Shown here: positions 9,815-19,704 of the stretch, piece by piece
Layout of the letters: each line of letters begins with the position of its first letter
Position numbering within the stretch: the stretch's first letter is position 1
Assembly: GCA_965644495.1 (NCBI GenBank)
Contig: CBFFSA010000007.1
Span: forward strand, 372,001-436,000
DNA from: Perkinsela sp. CCAP 1560/9
Taxonomy: Eukaryota > Protista > Euglenozoa: Kinetoplastea
Direction of reading: 5' to 3'
Length of the DNA stretch: 64,000 bases
Made by a program: the position numbers and the translations under genes
Notes under the pieces: generated by a model
Told to the model about the DNA's origin: nothing
The model's input: the letters and a program-made list of their open reading frames with translations, nothing else
The model's database searches: none

Positions 9815-11764
9815 ATGCATATGAAATTCAAGTTCTTTGTGCTTTGTATTTTTGCGTCACTGCGCGACTTCCCATTAGTTTCTGCGAATGTGAAAGAATT
9901 AGGCGCTACTCACGTGACTGAGACGCTGTCTGGTTCTTCATTGAACAATCAAACGGAAGCACGTGTATCAAAACCTTGCGCTTCAGTAGCAAGTGAGGAT
10001 TTGGAGCGAGTTAAAAACTTTTTGAAACTCTTTTCCGTAGACTCTGAGGCACCTTCAGGCAATTCCTCGCTTCAGTTAAATTCCACTTTGTGGTTTGCTG
10101 TTCCGGACATGAATTCATATTCCGTATGTACGCTCCCCACAGAGACGTCGGTGTTTGCTCCTATTTATGTAAGCGAACGTGAAGGTGTGACTGAGAATGC
10201 AATACCGGTTGGGGGATGCGCTGTGCAAGGGCTAGTCAATGCTAGCCGTGTACGTTCCCTCTTTCTTAACGCCACCGTGCTTCGTTTCGGCGATTCCGGG
10301 ATGCTGCTCCAAGAATTTTTCCGGGAGCGTAATTTCACGACCCCAAAGTTGAAAGTTGGCAATCGTGGTCTTTTCCCGGCATGTAAAGGTACGGATTACC
10401 GGATACACGCAAAGAATATTCATTTGGACGAACTTCCTGAATACTTGTGGTCTCTTGAAATACACGGCGTACATATTACCGGAAAAATTACGCTCACACA
10501 ACCAATGCCTTATCTTAGAGAAATAGATTTGCGTCTGAATAATCTATCGATTCTGCCCTCTCTAGGGCGTTGGCGTCCTTCAGTGAAGGGTTTACTGCAC
10601 CTCGGCGGGAATTCATGGGGACCCGAAACTTGTTTTTCAAGCATCACTGATTCCTATGGAAAGAAAGTTGATATTCATGTAATCGGAGTACCATTGTGTT
10701 CTCAAAGGCTTCCGCGATGCTTTAATGAGGCAATGAACAACTTTTTGTCCAAACTTGCAATAGTACCATGCAAAGGCGAACCTGACAAAGACGAACCATT
10801 GAGCACGAAGCAGCTCACGAATTTCTGTCTATGTGATACGATTGTTGGTTCAGAATCACTTATCTACGCCTCAAGCATCACTTGTTCCAGATTATCTTCA
10901 GCCCTTTATCCAACCCAAATCATGGCCCTGGACCCCACCGCAACCGTAGTAGGTTCTTGTTCTAAAGTAGACAATGATAAAGGAACTGCTGTCATTGGAC
11001 GTCTCCGCCTTGCTGGGGATGAACGTGCGCGTGCTTCACTCATATCCTCTTTGGAGAGCGATGCTATAACTTTCCCTGTGAATAATACGCTGGGAAACTG
11101 CGTCTTGGGCGGTCCCTTAAAGTTCGAACTTCTCCCTTACGGAATTCAAAGCATATGGACTGTTGGCATTCAAGTCACAGAGCCCATTGTGGTGACGTCA
11201 CTAGCTGCATCGATCTCTCGCATTGACTTCATTCGTTGTACTTTTTACGGAAAAAAGGAAGCAGGGCAGAGCATAGCTGAGTCTAATAAAAGTTGCATAA
11301 TTATACCAAGCAGTGCACCCGATCTGAGAGATTTGCATAGAATCAAGTCCATAAGCGACGCACATTCGACACATCCACAGCTGATTATCAACTTTTTCGC
11401 TCCTGAATTCCGAGAGGGATATCAAGAGAAAGGCACTCACAACGTAGAAACAAAAGTCACTGGGTGCTCCTGGTATCCTCCGGAAGCTACCAAACAAGTT
11501 GGTGGAAAATCTCCCAGAGTTCAAATTACGGGACTTCCTGATTGCGCCATTTTCACGAGAATTCCTGCAACCGGCCGAGAAAAAGTTCTTGAATACGAGG
11601 CTAAACAACATGCAACCAGTCATAATCGACGACGAAAGTGGATGATTATTATTTCTTGCATATTAATAGGTCTTTTAGTAGCGGGGATTGCGATCGCCAT
11701 GTACTATCGAAGACGGCGGAGATCTCCAACATTTTGGGTCACTGTGCCTCAGTCGTATATGTAA
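9815..11764 (+). CDS. Type I membrane protein: signal peptide, Cys-containing ectodomain with degenerate LRR, TM helix, short tail
   Basis: ATG 9815/9821 follows ttctcctattccag. Signal MKFKFFVLCIFASL, LRR-like LREIDLRLNNLSILP, TM WMIIISCILIGLLVAGIAIAMYY followed by RRRRR. Confidence 0.7.
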   Translation: MHMKFKFFVLCIFASLRDFPLVSANVKELGATHVTETLSGSSLNNQTEARVSKPCASVASEDLERVKNFLKLFSVDSEAPSGNSSLQLNSTLWFAVPDMNSYSVCTLPTETSVFAPIYVSEREGVTENAIPVGGCAVQGLVNASRVRSLFLNATVLRFGDSGMLLQEFFRERNFTTPKLKVGNRGLFPACKGTDYRIHAKNIHLDELPEYLWSLEIHGVHITGKITLTQPMPYLREIDLRLNNLSILPSLGRWRPSVKGLLHLGGNSWGPETCFSSITDSYGKKVDIHVIGVPLCSQRLPRCFNEAMNNFLSKLAIVPCKGEPDKDEPLSTKQLTNFCLCDTIVGSESLIYASSITCSRLSSALYPTQIMALDPTATVVGSCSKVDNDKGTAVIGRLRLAGDERARASLISSLESDAITFPVNNTLGNCVLGGPLKFELLPYGIQSIWTVGIQVTEPIVVTSLAASISRIDFIRCTFYGKKEAGQSIAESNKSCIIIPSSAPDLRDLHRIKSISDAHSTHPQLIINFFAPEFREGYQEKGTHNVETKVTGCSWYPPEATKQVGGKSPRVQITGLPDCAIFTRIPATGREKVLEYEAKQHATSHNRRRKWMIIISCILIGLLVAGIAIAMYYRRRRRSPTFWVTVPQSYM

Positions 11765-12135
11765 TACAAAAAAGTTCTCCACTCCATACGGGTAGGTGTT
11801 GCTGGGAAAAGGTTGGAATTATGGAATGAGTTGGGCGAGCACAATGCGCGTGCGTGAAATCACAATGGTACGTACGTAGCACGCCGTACAAAGGCACGTA
11901 CTTAGTAGTAGTACACGTCTTTAGTTTTGCTTTTTAGGGGCCGATAATATTTGCGAATAATCGTTTGTTCTACGTCTCTGGTTCTTGATAATAATTATTT
12001 TAGATTGACTGCACGATTACCCATTGAGTTTTTAATAAAATAGACCTACTATTGTACAGCGCGTACTTAGTCTCCGCCTTTTCTTCGAATTTTCTTGTGC
12101 AGCCACTATTTCATATTCTTGCAATTTAAACAACA

Positions 12136-13101
12136 ATGCTCACACGAAGCTGTTGCCAATTCATGAAAGTCTGTGTCCTGGGAGCCGCTGGAGGGATCGG
12201 CCAACCGTTGTCACTGCTCTTGAAACAGAACCCTGCAGTCACTCAACTAGCGCTTTATGATGTGCTTCACGCCGAGGGTGTAGCCACAGATCTCAGTCAT
12301 ATTTGTACCCCTGCACATGTTTCGGGATTCCCTAGAGAGAAACTGGATGTGGCTCTGCGGGAGTCTCAACTAGTGCTCATCCCTGCAGGAGTCCCGCGAA
12401 GGCCTGGCATGTCACGTGATGATTTGTTCGCACTAAATGCCGCCATTGTAAAAAGTTTGGTACAAAATATCGCAATACACTGTCCACAGGCTCACATCCT
12501 CATGATATCAAACCCTATTAACGCCACGGTGCCGCTTGCCGCAGACGTGTTAAAGCGGGCAAGAGTCTTTGTCCCGTCTCGACTTTACGGCATCACCACC
12601 CTGGATGTCGTGCGTGCGAACACATTTGTGCGAGAGGCGATCCCGAGTGAGGATTCCCCCGAGGTCACGGTGGTTGGGGGTCATAGTGGAAAGACGATTA
12701 TCCCACTGCTCCACCCGTTCGTCGAGAATCTGTCGGCTCAACAAATTACACAGCTCACGGCTCGGATTCAGTTCGGCGGAGATGAGGTTGTGAAGGCAAA
12801 GAACGGGCAGGGCTCCGCGACCCTTTCGATGGCATTTGCGGCCTCCAGGTTTTCGAATTCTCTCATTGCAGCCCTGCAGGGGGCAGAGGGCAGGAGTGAA
12901 TGCGCGTTTGTGGAAAACCCCGAGTACGGTCCCCGAGTTCCTTTTTTCAGTAGCCGAGTACATTTTTGCCGGGACGGGATTTCGCGCATTGATCCAGTGG
13001 GTAAAACATCTGATTTTGAAAAGAGCCTTTTAGAGACATGTATTCCGGAATTAGAAAAAAATATTCAAATGGGTGTTGACTTTGCAACACAAGGTAAGTA
13101 A
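12136..13101 (+). CDS. MDH: Mitochondrial malate dehydrogenase
   Basis: [55 protein letters not shown] and GSATLSMA, with a short MLTRS presequence. Confidence 0.97.
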   Translation: MLTRSCCQFMKVCVLGAAGGIGQPLSLLLKQNPAVTQLALYDVLHAEGVATDLSHICTPAHVSGFPREKLDVALRESQLVLIPAGVPRRPGMSRDDLFALNAAIVKSLVQNIAIHCPQAHILMISNPINATVPLAADVLKRARVFVPSRLYGITTLDVVRANTFVREAIPSEDSPEVTVVGGHSGKTIIPLLHPFVENLSAQQITQLTARIQFGGDEVVKAKNGQGSATLSMAFAASRFSNSLIAALQGAEGRSECAFVENPEYGPRVPFFSSRVHFCRDGISRIDPVGKTSDFEKSLLETCIPELEKNIQMGVDFATQGK

Positions 13102-13335
13102 GACATACCTATTTTTATGCTTCTCTTTTTGATATTCACTTTTTTGCCCGTCTTCTGGGTCGTTTACTTGAAAGTTACAATGATGTTGAAGCTTGCCAAA
13201 CATTGTCGCACTCGCTGATTATCTAAATTTTCCTTTAGACTCTAAAATGTGTGTTTTACTGATACCGGACACAGATTCAAAGTTTGAACCAAGGTTTTAG
13301 ACGCAAGGTAATCTGTATAAATAGATAAGTACTAA

Positions 13336-13411
13336 TCTACATACATGTATAGTTTCTACATACATGTATAGTATCTACATACATGTATAGTATCTACATA
13401 CATGTATAGTT
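13336..13411. repeat. Minisatellite, 4 x 19 bp (tctacatacatgtatagtw)
   Basis: Four near-identical tandem units, each containing the palindrome TACATGTA. Confidence 0.9.
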
Positions 13412-13647
13412 TGTATACTTTGATCATTGTTTTCTTTTTGTGTGTTGCACCTTCACAAGGAGTTATCATAGATCGTTGTACATACGTTCCGTCCGTGAGC
13501 AGAACGGGTTCTCGATTCGTAGAAGAAGAGGAACGATCTCAATTTGTAGACGAAATACAGGAAAAGTCTTCAAAATTGAACAGAATCTCTTAGTATTAGT
13601 TAATCGTACCTTGAAGGCGGATTTACCAATATTACTTGTTTTACCAC

Positions 13648-14850
13648 ATGAACATGTTGCGAGGTCCTTGCTGTATTAATTTCTGTTGTTCTGCCACATC
13701 CACCTTTTCCCGCTATCAGAATATTCAGGTCAGAAATTTAGCATGTGGAACACAAAGATGCTATACAACACAACCACAAGCGAAACCGTATCCCAATAAA
13801 TCATTCGACCAATTAGCTCATCGGGGTCGCCATACGTTTCAGAAACCCCATTCAAAAACGACAGGACAAAATGCACATTACAAACCAGCGCATCCAAAGC
13901 GACCCGATCCGAACCCATCTCCATCCATACCTAAATTTGCTCGTGTTCCAGTAATGCACCGACCACCAGTCTCGAGCCCCGTGCAATGTGACCAAAATCG
14001 AGGTCTACAAGGATCCGATAGAGCTTACATTCCTGGAGATTCTCTGGAAGAGGAGGAGGAGGACGAAGAGGACCTGATGGGCCCACCTTCGTTTATTCTA
14101 CCGGAGGGCACGTGCGATTTATGTCGCAAGACATTTCCCTCTGATATGGCCTTACTCCATCATGTAAACACGGAGCACCTAAATGTCTACTGCGAATACA
14201 CCGAAAGTCCTGATGAATGGGTGTTTCCGAAAGGTACCTTGTTTCAGTGTCGACATTGCACTAAAACGTTACAGCATAGCGCAGCCCTTATTCAACATTG
14301 TACAGAGAAACACCCCTCACATCCACCTCCGACCCGTAAAAGTGATTTGCTGATCATCGAGGGTAAAAAATGTGATTTATGTGGAAAGCACTTCATATCA
14401 GAGGCGATATTGGCGGCTCATAAGCGATCGGAACACTCCGCATTCCATGAAGAAAAGCCGTTTCGCTGTGAGGAATGCGTTCCTGTGGGTAGAGACTTTG
14501 CCGATCCAATCGTTCTTTTGACTCATGTACTAAATGTGCACGGGGAAGAGCGCGGATCTCTTGTTGGTCAAGCTGCGAAGACCGGCGAGTTCGACTGTTT
14601 TTTCTGTGACAAGACCACAACCTCGCTTTCGGCACTGGCTGGTCATATCACGGCTCGACATCCGAAATTGGGAGTAGGAACGAACTCCGTATCTTTCAAA
14701 AAATGCTTCGGTGACGAAGGATTCGAAATCATACTGTGTAGAAACCAAGGGTGTCGTTGCAAATTCGTAAAAAGGGAACATGAACAGCTGCATCAAACAA
14801 GGTGCCCTGCGGTTGTGGCGCGAAAAGCGAAGCTTCACTATGTAAGATAA
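13648..14850 (+). CDS. Multi-C2H2 zinc-finger protein, possibly mitochondrial
   Basis: Five CxxC..H-x4-H fingers plus one C2HC finger; presequence-like N-terminus. Confidence 0.85.
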   Translation: MNMLRGPCCINFCCSATSTFSRYQNIQVRNLACGTQRCYTTQPQAKPYPNKSFDQLAHRGRHTFQKPHSKTTGQNAHYKPAHPKRPDPNPSPSIPKFARVPVMHRPPVSSPVQCDQNRGLQGSDRAYIPGDSLEEEEEDEEDLMGPPSFILPEGTCDLCRKTFPSDMALLHHVNTEHLNVYCEYTESPDEWVFPKGTLFQCRHCTKTLQHSAALIQHCTEKHPSHPPPTRKSDLLIIEGKKCDLCGKHFISEAILAAHKRSEHSAFHEEKPFRCEECVPVGRDFADPIVLLTHVLNVHGEERGSLVGQAAKTGEFDCFFCDKTTTSLSALAGHITARHPKLGVGTNSVSFKKCFGDEGFEIILCRNQGCRCKFVKREHEQLHQTRCPAVVARKAKLHYVR

Positions 14851-15057
14851 ATAGTTTCAAAGTTATTTTCCCCTTATTATGAAGGTATTTATGACACTCT
14901 GTTCGCATTCTAGGTCAAAACTCCCGTAGGATTACGCAGGTCATGTATAGGTTATTGTAACATTGTTGATAATTTATGAGATCCGATAATGAGAGAATGC
15001 AGCACCCAGATGTATTCTTTAAGAAGTAATTTTTCGTAACGTACTTTCACCACCTTG

Positions 15058-18000
15058 ATGGAACTTGTGTACAGCGAATTCTTTCCTTCTAGCGCTGTTC
15101 AACAAGTAGTCGTAGGCAAATTCTTGTGTCATGACGTATCCAATGTTCTGCTACTCTTCTGCGACCGGATTGAAATCTACGTTATTGGAGACTTTAACGG
15201 CGAGAAACCCAAGTTCGTGCTTTCCGAGCATTTTTCCGAAAAATTGACAGGTGTTGTCACTCTACATCACCCGACCGGCCTTGATGCAATTGCCCTTTGC
15301 ATGGACCACTGTCGCGTGTGTATTTGTGCGTACAATACTACATATGCTGCGCAATCATGGGTGTCACGCACTCCGCGCGATATTGAGGAAACTGACAGCG
15401 ATGTTGAAACGGGCGCTGAGGAGAACTTCTTTGCATTAGAAAATAATTTTCGAGTCATAGCAGTGTTTGTCCTTAAGTGCGAAGAGATTAACAAGATCCA
15501 CTGTAAAATGCTCGTCGATGAAACTTCAACGTTCGTTCTTGTAATGTTAAATAAGCAGTGGTTGTACATCATACCCATCCAATGTTTTCGAATTGATGGG
15601 ACGAATCTGCAAAATGAATCGGAAAAGCAAGCAGCCTGTACATCAATTCTTCCAGGATTTTTTTTCAACCCGGAGGAAAATCAATTCCTTGCTCTGAAGG
15701 ATGACTTATCGTTCGGCAAAAGCGACGCAGCTGCTTATACTCGAAAACTTCAGCCTATAGGTTGTACAACTATTGATCTAGCTTCACTTTCGCCGCCCTT
15801 GTTAAATATACGGGACATATGTCTGCTTCAGGGGTACGGTGATGCGACTTTTCTTATACTACATGAACCCGAACAGTCATGGGTAGGACGTCTGAAGCTC
15901 AAAAGTGCACAAAGAGGTAATGTTGAGAGCAAAACTCTGAGCTGCATAGCTACCTTGCTGTGCTATGATTGTCGAACCCACGTTTTATCAGTTGCTTGGC
16001 GAATCTCTTCCCTACCCTACAATTCTCAATACCTTTTTCCTGTATTAGGGTCCACATCATATCCCATGGGCAGTGCCTTGTGTGTCGCACCAAATTGTAT
16101 CATGCACCTTACGATTCAAGGCTGCAGTTATGCCATTTGCACGAATTCTTACGGCGTAGACGAATTTAAGGGTCGAGAAACAGATTTATACGTTGACACC
16201 GCACCTACTGGAACGAATTTACATAAAACGAAGAACGCGCTTCTAGCGAACTGCTCATTGGTTATGTTATCTCACGACAGAGGAATATTGGCTACTGCTA
16301 CTGGTGAGTTACACGTTCTGGACCTTAGATGGAAAGATGGCATTGTATGCGAAATAGTGTATTCAGAGGAAATAGGAGTGCTTGACGTTTCTTCGGGTAG
16401 AGTGTTTTCCTATTCCACGCACGGAATATCCTCTGAAGTAAAAGGAATGCGTTTGCCAAAGCCATCATCAATGGTTTATCTACCGGGAATGAAGACTGCA
16501 GTTCATGCTTCTCTTACAGGGAACACCTCGATACTGGACTTGAGTTTGGTTACTAACGTACCGATTTCAGAATTAACACGTAGTATTTTTCAAGCCACGT
16601 TATGTGAATCCCTGAGTCCAATTTCTTCTTTTGATGTCTTATCTACAGCTGAAGCGGATTTTCTGCGCAACAAACAGGTCAATAAGACGGTTTCCAGAGA
16701 ATGTTTAGAAAGAGGCAGCATGAACTACAATCAATGTCTGCGAAGCACTTCCATTGTCGTTACAGGAGGTGAGCAACCCAGAGGGGTTATCGGACTTCTT
16801 ACGAAAAGCGTCCATACTGAACACTGTACTTCCTTTACAACGCCATCCATCGAAAATGCTATTCGTTATGTTGGAGAAGTCCTATTGCAGTATGACGAGC
16901 TTGCTTGTCTGAAGGAAACAAACAATTTAAGGAACAATTTCATGAAGAACTCTATGAATGGCAGTATGCGACACCCAACAGCCGTTCTTGTATCAGATGA
17001 TACGAAAACTAGTACCTTGCTAATCTCTCAGGAGGATATTATAGACATAAGCAATGACGTTGCTTTCAGTAAAGAACCAACATTGTTGGCGTATTGCATT
17101 AACACGGAAACCGTGTACGGAACTCTACAAATTACGAAAAGTCAAGTAAGAGTACACGCCCTTGACTGCACTGCAAGTCCAATATCAACGTGGGACATCT
17201 CTAACGTGGTTACGAGTCCTGTTGATCAACTGGACATCATGAAAGGGTTTTGTTTGCTCACTGAGAAGCGGAAACATAGTCTCGTCTCTTCCAATCGCAC
17301 TGATTCGCTAGTGACTATATTATTGTACACATCAGAAAACGGTTTGGTGGTCTTAGATTTGCTGCCTGACTTGCGAATCGAATTCACTACGAGTATTTCA
17401 CATTGTCCAGTACCGCATACGTGCATTGCCCAATGCGGCCCGAAAATATTGATTGGGGTCGAGCCAAGGACTTTTAAATGTTATGTGTGGTGGATCGATG
17501 TTAGCAGTGGGGAACTTTATTTTGCACCTGCGTGTTTTAGATTGCCTGGTAGACAGGATTATGCAAGGGAAGCTCAGAGTTTCTCGGATGAAATGCTTGA
17601 GGTAAGTGCCACAGATTCCATCTTATGTATCCGTCTTCTCTTCTTAAATAGACTTCTAGTGTACCAACTCACGTGTGATGTCGCTGGAATTCCCATCTTT
17701 TGTCACGCAATAGATACTACGACGAACCTGACTTGGAAAACAGATAGCGTAGTGTCGAATCGCCTTTTGTACCCTTTATTCGATTATTCTGTCTCTCAGA
17801 ACGTGCGAGAAAAATCATTTTGCGGAATTTTTGTAAGCGGTATGCAACCCATGTGGCTTGTACAAGATCCCTTTACGGGTAGGTGTTTCGCTCATCCTCA
17901 ATCTGTTCCTAATGCGTCACATGAAATTACCACAATGACCTACTTGAGGAACTGCGTTTGTCACGAAAACAATGCTGAAGTTCCAGGTCATCAGTCGGAC

Positions 18001-19515
18001 TATTTTTGCACTTCAATGGGTAAAGCGTTGTGTATATGTAGAATATCGAAAGATGTTGATCTAGGAGGTCATTTGCCACTTCGCAAAAGAGAAACTCATG
18101 ACGCAACACCTATACAAATCGTCACCGACGTCTCCAAATCATTTATTTATGTTTTAGAATCTTGCAGGTCCGTTTCCAACGAAAGACAAAATGATCCGTC
18201 ATGTGATGATAAAAAAGTAGATTTCGAAGAAAGTTCAAACAGTGAGTGCAAGCTTGAAAGTCCAACACTTCCCTCTATATCTCACAGAGTGTCTACATAT
18301 AGGTTTCCTAGTCTTGCTTTTTGCGATGCCTTCGCACTTGAAGAAAGAGAAATTTGTCTTGGTATGAAAATGTGGAAATATTCAGCAAAGGACTCAGCGA
18401 GTTTTCTTGTGCTAGGAACGGCTCAACCGCATGATGAAGAAACTCCTTGTCGCGGAGGCATATATTTATTGGGCTCACAGAGGAATAAAACTACCACTCG
18501 AAATCACTCACAGCTACAAGGGAGGCATTGGCTTGCTCGTTTCAGTGATAAAGGCGAGAAACTGGATACTTCGACAGTATTTACAGAAAAAGAAAGTGCT
18601 TGTTCATTGAGGCCAGTGCAATTCCACGCTATGAAAGGTCCTGTGACAGCCGTTACTACATGTAAAGAACGGCTCGTTGTGACGTGTGGGGCCAAAATAA
18701 TGTTTTACCTGTACGATAAGACCGTAAATCGTTTAATTAACGTGGGATTTCACAACGCACACACATACGTGGCGTCCTTAGCTTCCTTTAAAGAATATTT
18801 CGCTGTGGCTGATCTGCACCACTCCCTGGCAATTTGCAAGTACGATGCTCTGCAACGCACAAGTCACATTCTTGCAAGGGATATCAGCGGTAAAGATCTC
18901 ACGTCATGTGAATTTCTTTACGACGGGGTGCACCAGAAACTATTGGTAGCCGCATCCGATGTTAATGGGACTCTCGGCATATATGGGTACGACCCGGTGG
19001 CTAGAAAATCCAGAAACCTTTTGCGTCTCCAAAATAACTTTCGTGTTCCGGGCTTTGTAACGAGATTACAACGCATAAACCTTCCCCATGAAAGTGTTTC
19101 TGTGAAGCACGCTAAAACAAACGATTTACTGCATGGAGTTTCAAGCAACCAATCCTCCATTTTTTGTCCTTCCCGATCGTGTGCTCTTCTGTACAGTACA
19201 TCTACTGGCGCTTTAGGTATTGTATGGCCACTCGAGAACAGCAAAGAGCGTCGTTCACTGCTCTGGTTAAATGCTATTCTTAAGGAATACATATCGAACC
19301 CATATGCGGGTAATCAAAGCATTAAACCTAATCATAGTGATCGTAGACACTCTAGCACACGCTGTATACTCAATTGCAATGAGATTTCAGCTGCGTTCAT
19401 CGATAAGGTAGACTTGATCACACAGCAGCGACTCTCACATAAAATAGGTATAGATCTGAGTGCACTGGTTAACGTTTTGCGAAGAATCCGTCAAGCATTT
19501 CATATATTTACGTGA
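15058..19515 (+). CDS. CPSF1: Cleavage and polyadenylation specificity factor 160 kDa subunit
   Basis: About 1485-aa DDB1/CPSF_A-type propeller. Motifs include NIRDICLLQGYGDATFLILHEPEQSWVGRL, LVLGTA..EETPCRGGIYL, KGPVTAV and ADLHHSL..LARD. Confidence 0.88.
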   Translation: MELVYSEFFPSSAVQQVVVGKFLCHDVSNVLLLFCDRIEIYVIGDFNGEKPKFVLSEHFSEKLTGVVTLHHPTGLDAIALCMDHCRVCICAYNTTYAAQSWVSRTPRDIEETDSDVETGAEENFFALENNFRVIAVFVLKCEEINKIHCKMLVDETSTFVLVMLNKQWLYIIPIQCFRIDGTNLQNESEKQAACTSILPGFFFNPEENQFLALKDDLSFGKSDAAAYTRKLQPIGCTTIDLASLSPPLLNIRDICLLQGYGDATFLILHEPEQSWVGRLKLKSAQRGNVESKTLSCIATLLCYDCRTHVLSVAWRISSLPYNSQYLFPVLGSTSYPMGSALCVAPNCIMHLTIQGCSYAICTNSYGVDEFKGRETDLYVDTAPTGTNLHKTKNALLANCSLVMLSHDRGILATATGELHVLDLRWKDGIVCEIVYSEEIGVLDVSSGRVFSYSTHGISSEVKGMRLPKPSSMVYLPGMKTAVHASLTGNTSILDLSLVTNVPISELTRSIFQATLCESLSPISSFDVLSTAEADFLRNKQVNKTVSRECLERGSMNYNQCLRSTSIVVTGGEQPRGVIGLLTKSVHTEHCTSFTTPSIENAIRYVGEVLLQYDELACLKETNNLRNNFMKNSMNGSMRHPTAVLVSDDTKTSTLLISQEDIIDISNDVAFSKEPTLLAYCINTETVYGTLQITKSQVRVHALDCTASPISTWDISNVVTSPVDQLDIMKGFCLLTEKRKHSLVSSNRTDSLVTILLYTSENGLVVLDLLPDLRIEFTTSISHCPVPHTCIAQCGPKILIGVEPRTFKCYVWWIDVSSGELYFAPACFRLPGRQDYAREAQSFSDEMLEVSATDSILCIRLLFLNRLLVYQLTCDVAGIPIFCHAIDTTTNLTWKTDSVVSNRLLYPLFDYSVSQNVREKSFCGIFVSGMQPMWLVQDPFTGRCFAHPQSVPNASHEITTMTYLRNCVCHENNAEVPGHQSDYFCTSMGKALCICRISKDVDLGGHLPLRKRETHDATPIQIVTDVSKSFIYVLESCRSVSNERQNDPSCDDKKVDFEESSNSECKLESPTLPSISHRVSTYRFPSLAFCDAFALEEREICLGMKMWKYSAKDSASFLVLGTAQPHDEETPCRGGIYLLGSQRNKTTTRNHSQLQGRHWLARFSDKGEKLDTSTVFTEKESACSLRPVQFHAMKGPVTAVTTCKERLVVTCGAKIMFYLYDKTVNRLINVGFHNAHTYVASLASFKEYFAVADLHHSLAICKYDALQRTSHILARDISGKDLTSCEFLYDGVHQKLLVAASDVNGTLGIYGYDPVARKSRNLLRLQNNFRVPGFVTRLQRINLPHESVSVKHAKTNDLLHGVSSNQSSIFCPSRSCALLYSTSTGALGIVWPLENSKERRSLLWLNAILKEYISNPYAGNQSIKPNHSDRRHSSTRCILNCNEISAAFIDKVDLITQQRLSHKIGIDLSALVNVLRRIRQAFHIFT

Positions 19516-19704
19516 AGTACTACTTTGTCACAATTTCTTGGTCTCTAATTTTGAATCAAACCTATCGAATTCAATATTTAATGCGTTTTTCAGTGCTTTC
19601 GTTGTAAGTTGCCTCGTTGGATTGAAGAGTGGCCGACATAGCTTTTTTTTGACCGTTTGTATTTTTAAGTTATGTTGAAGCGTAAATAGAACTCGGAGAC
19701 TAGT

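Noticed and set aside
13336-13411. Regular repeat as a possible CRISPR array
   Set aside because: No spacers, no cas genes, eukaryotic context.
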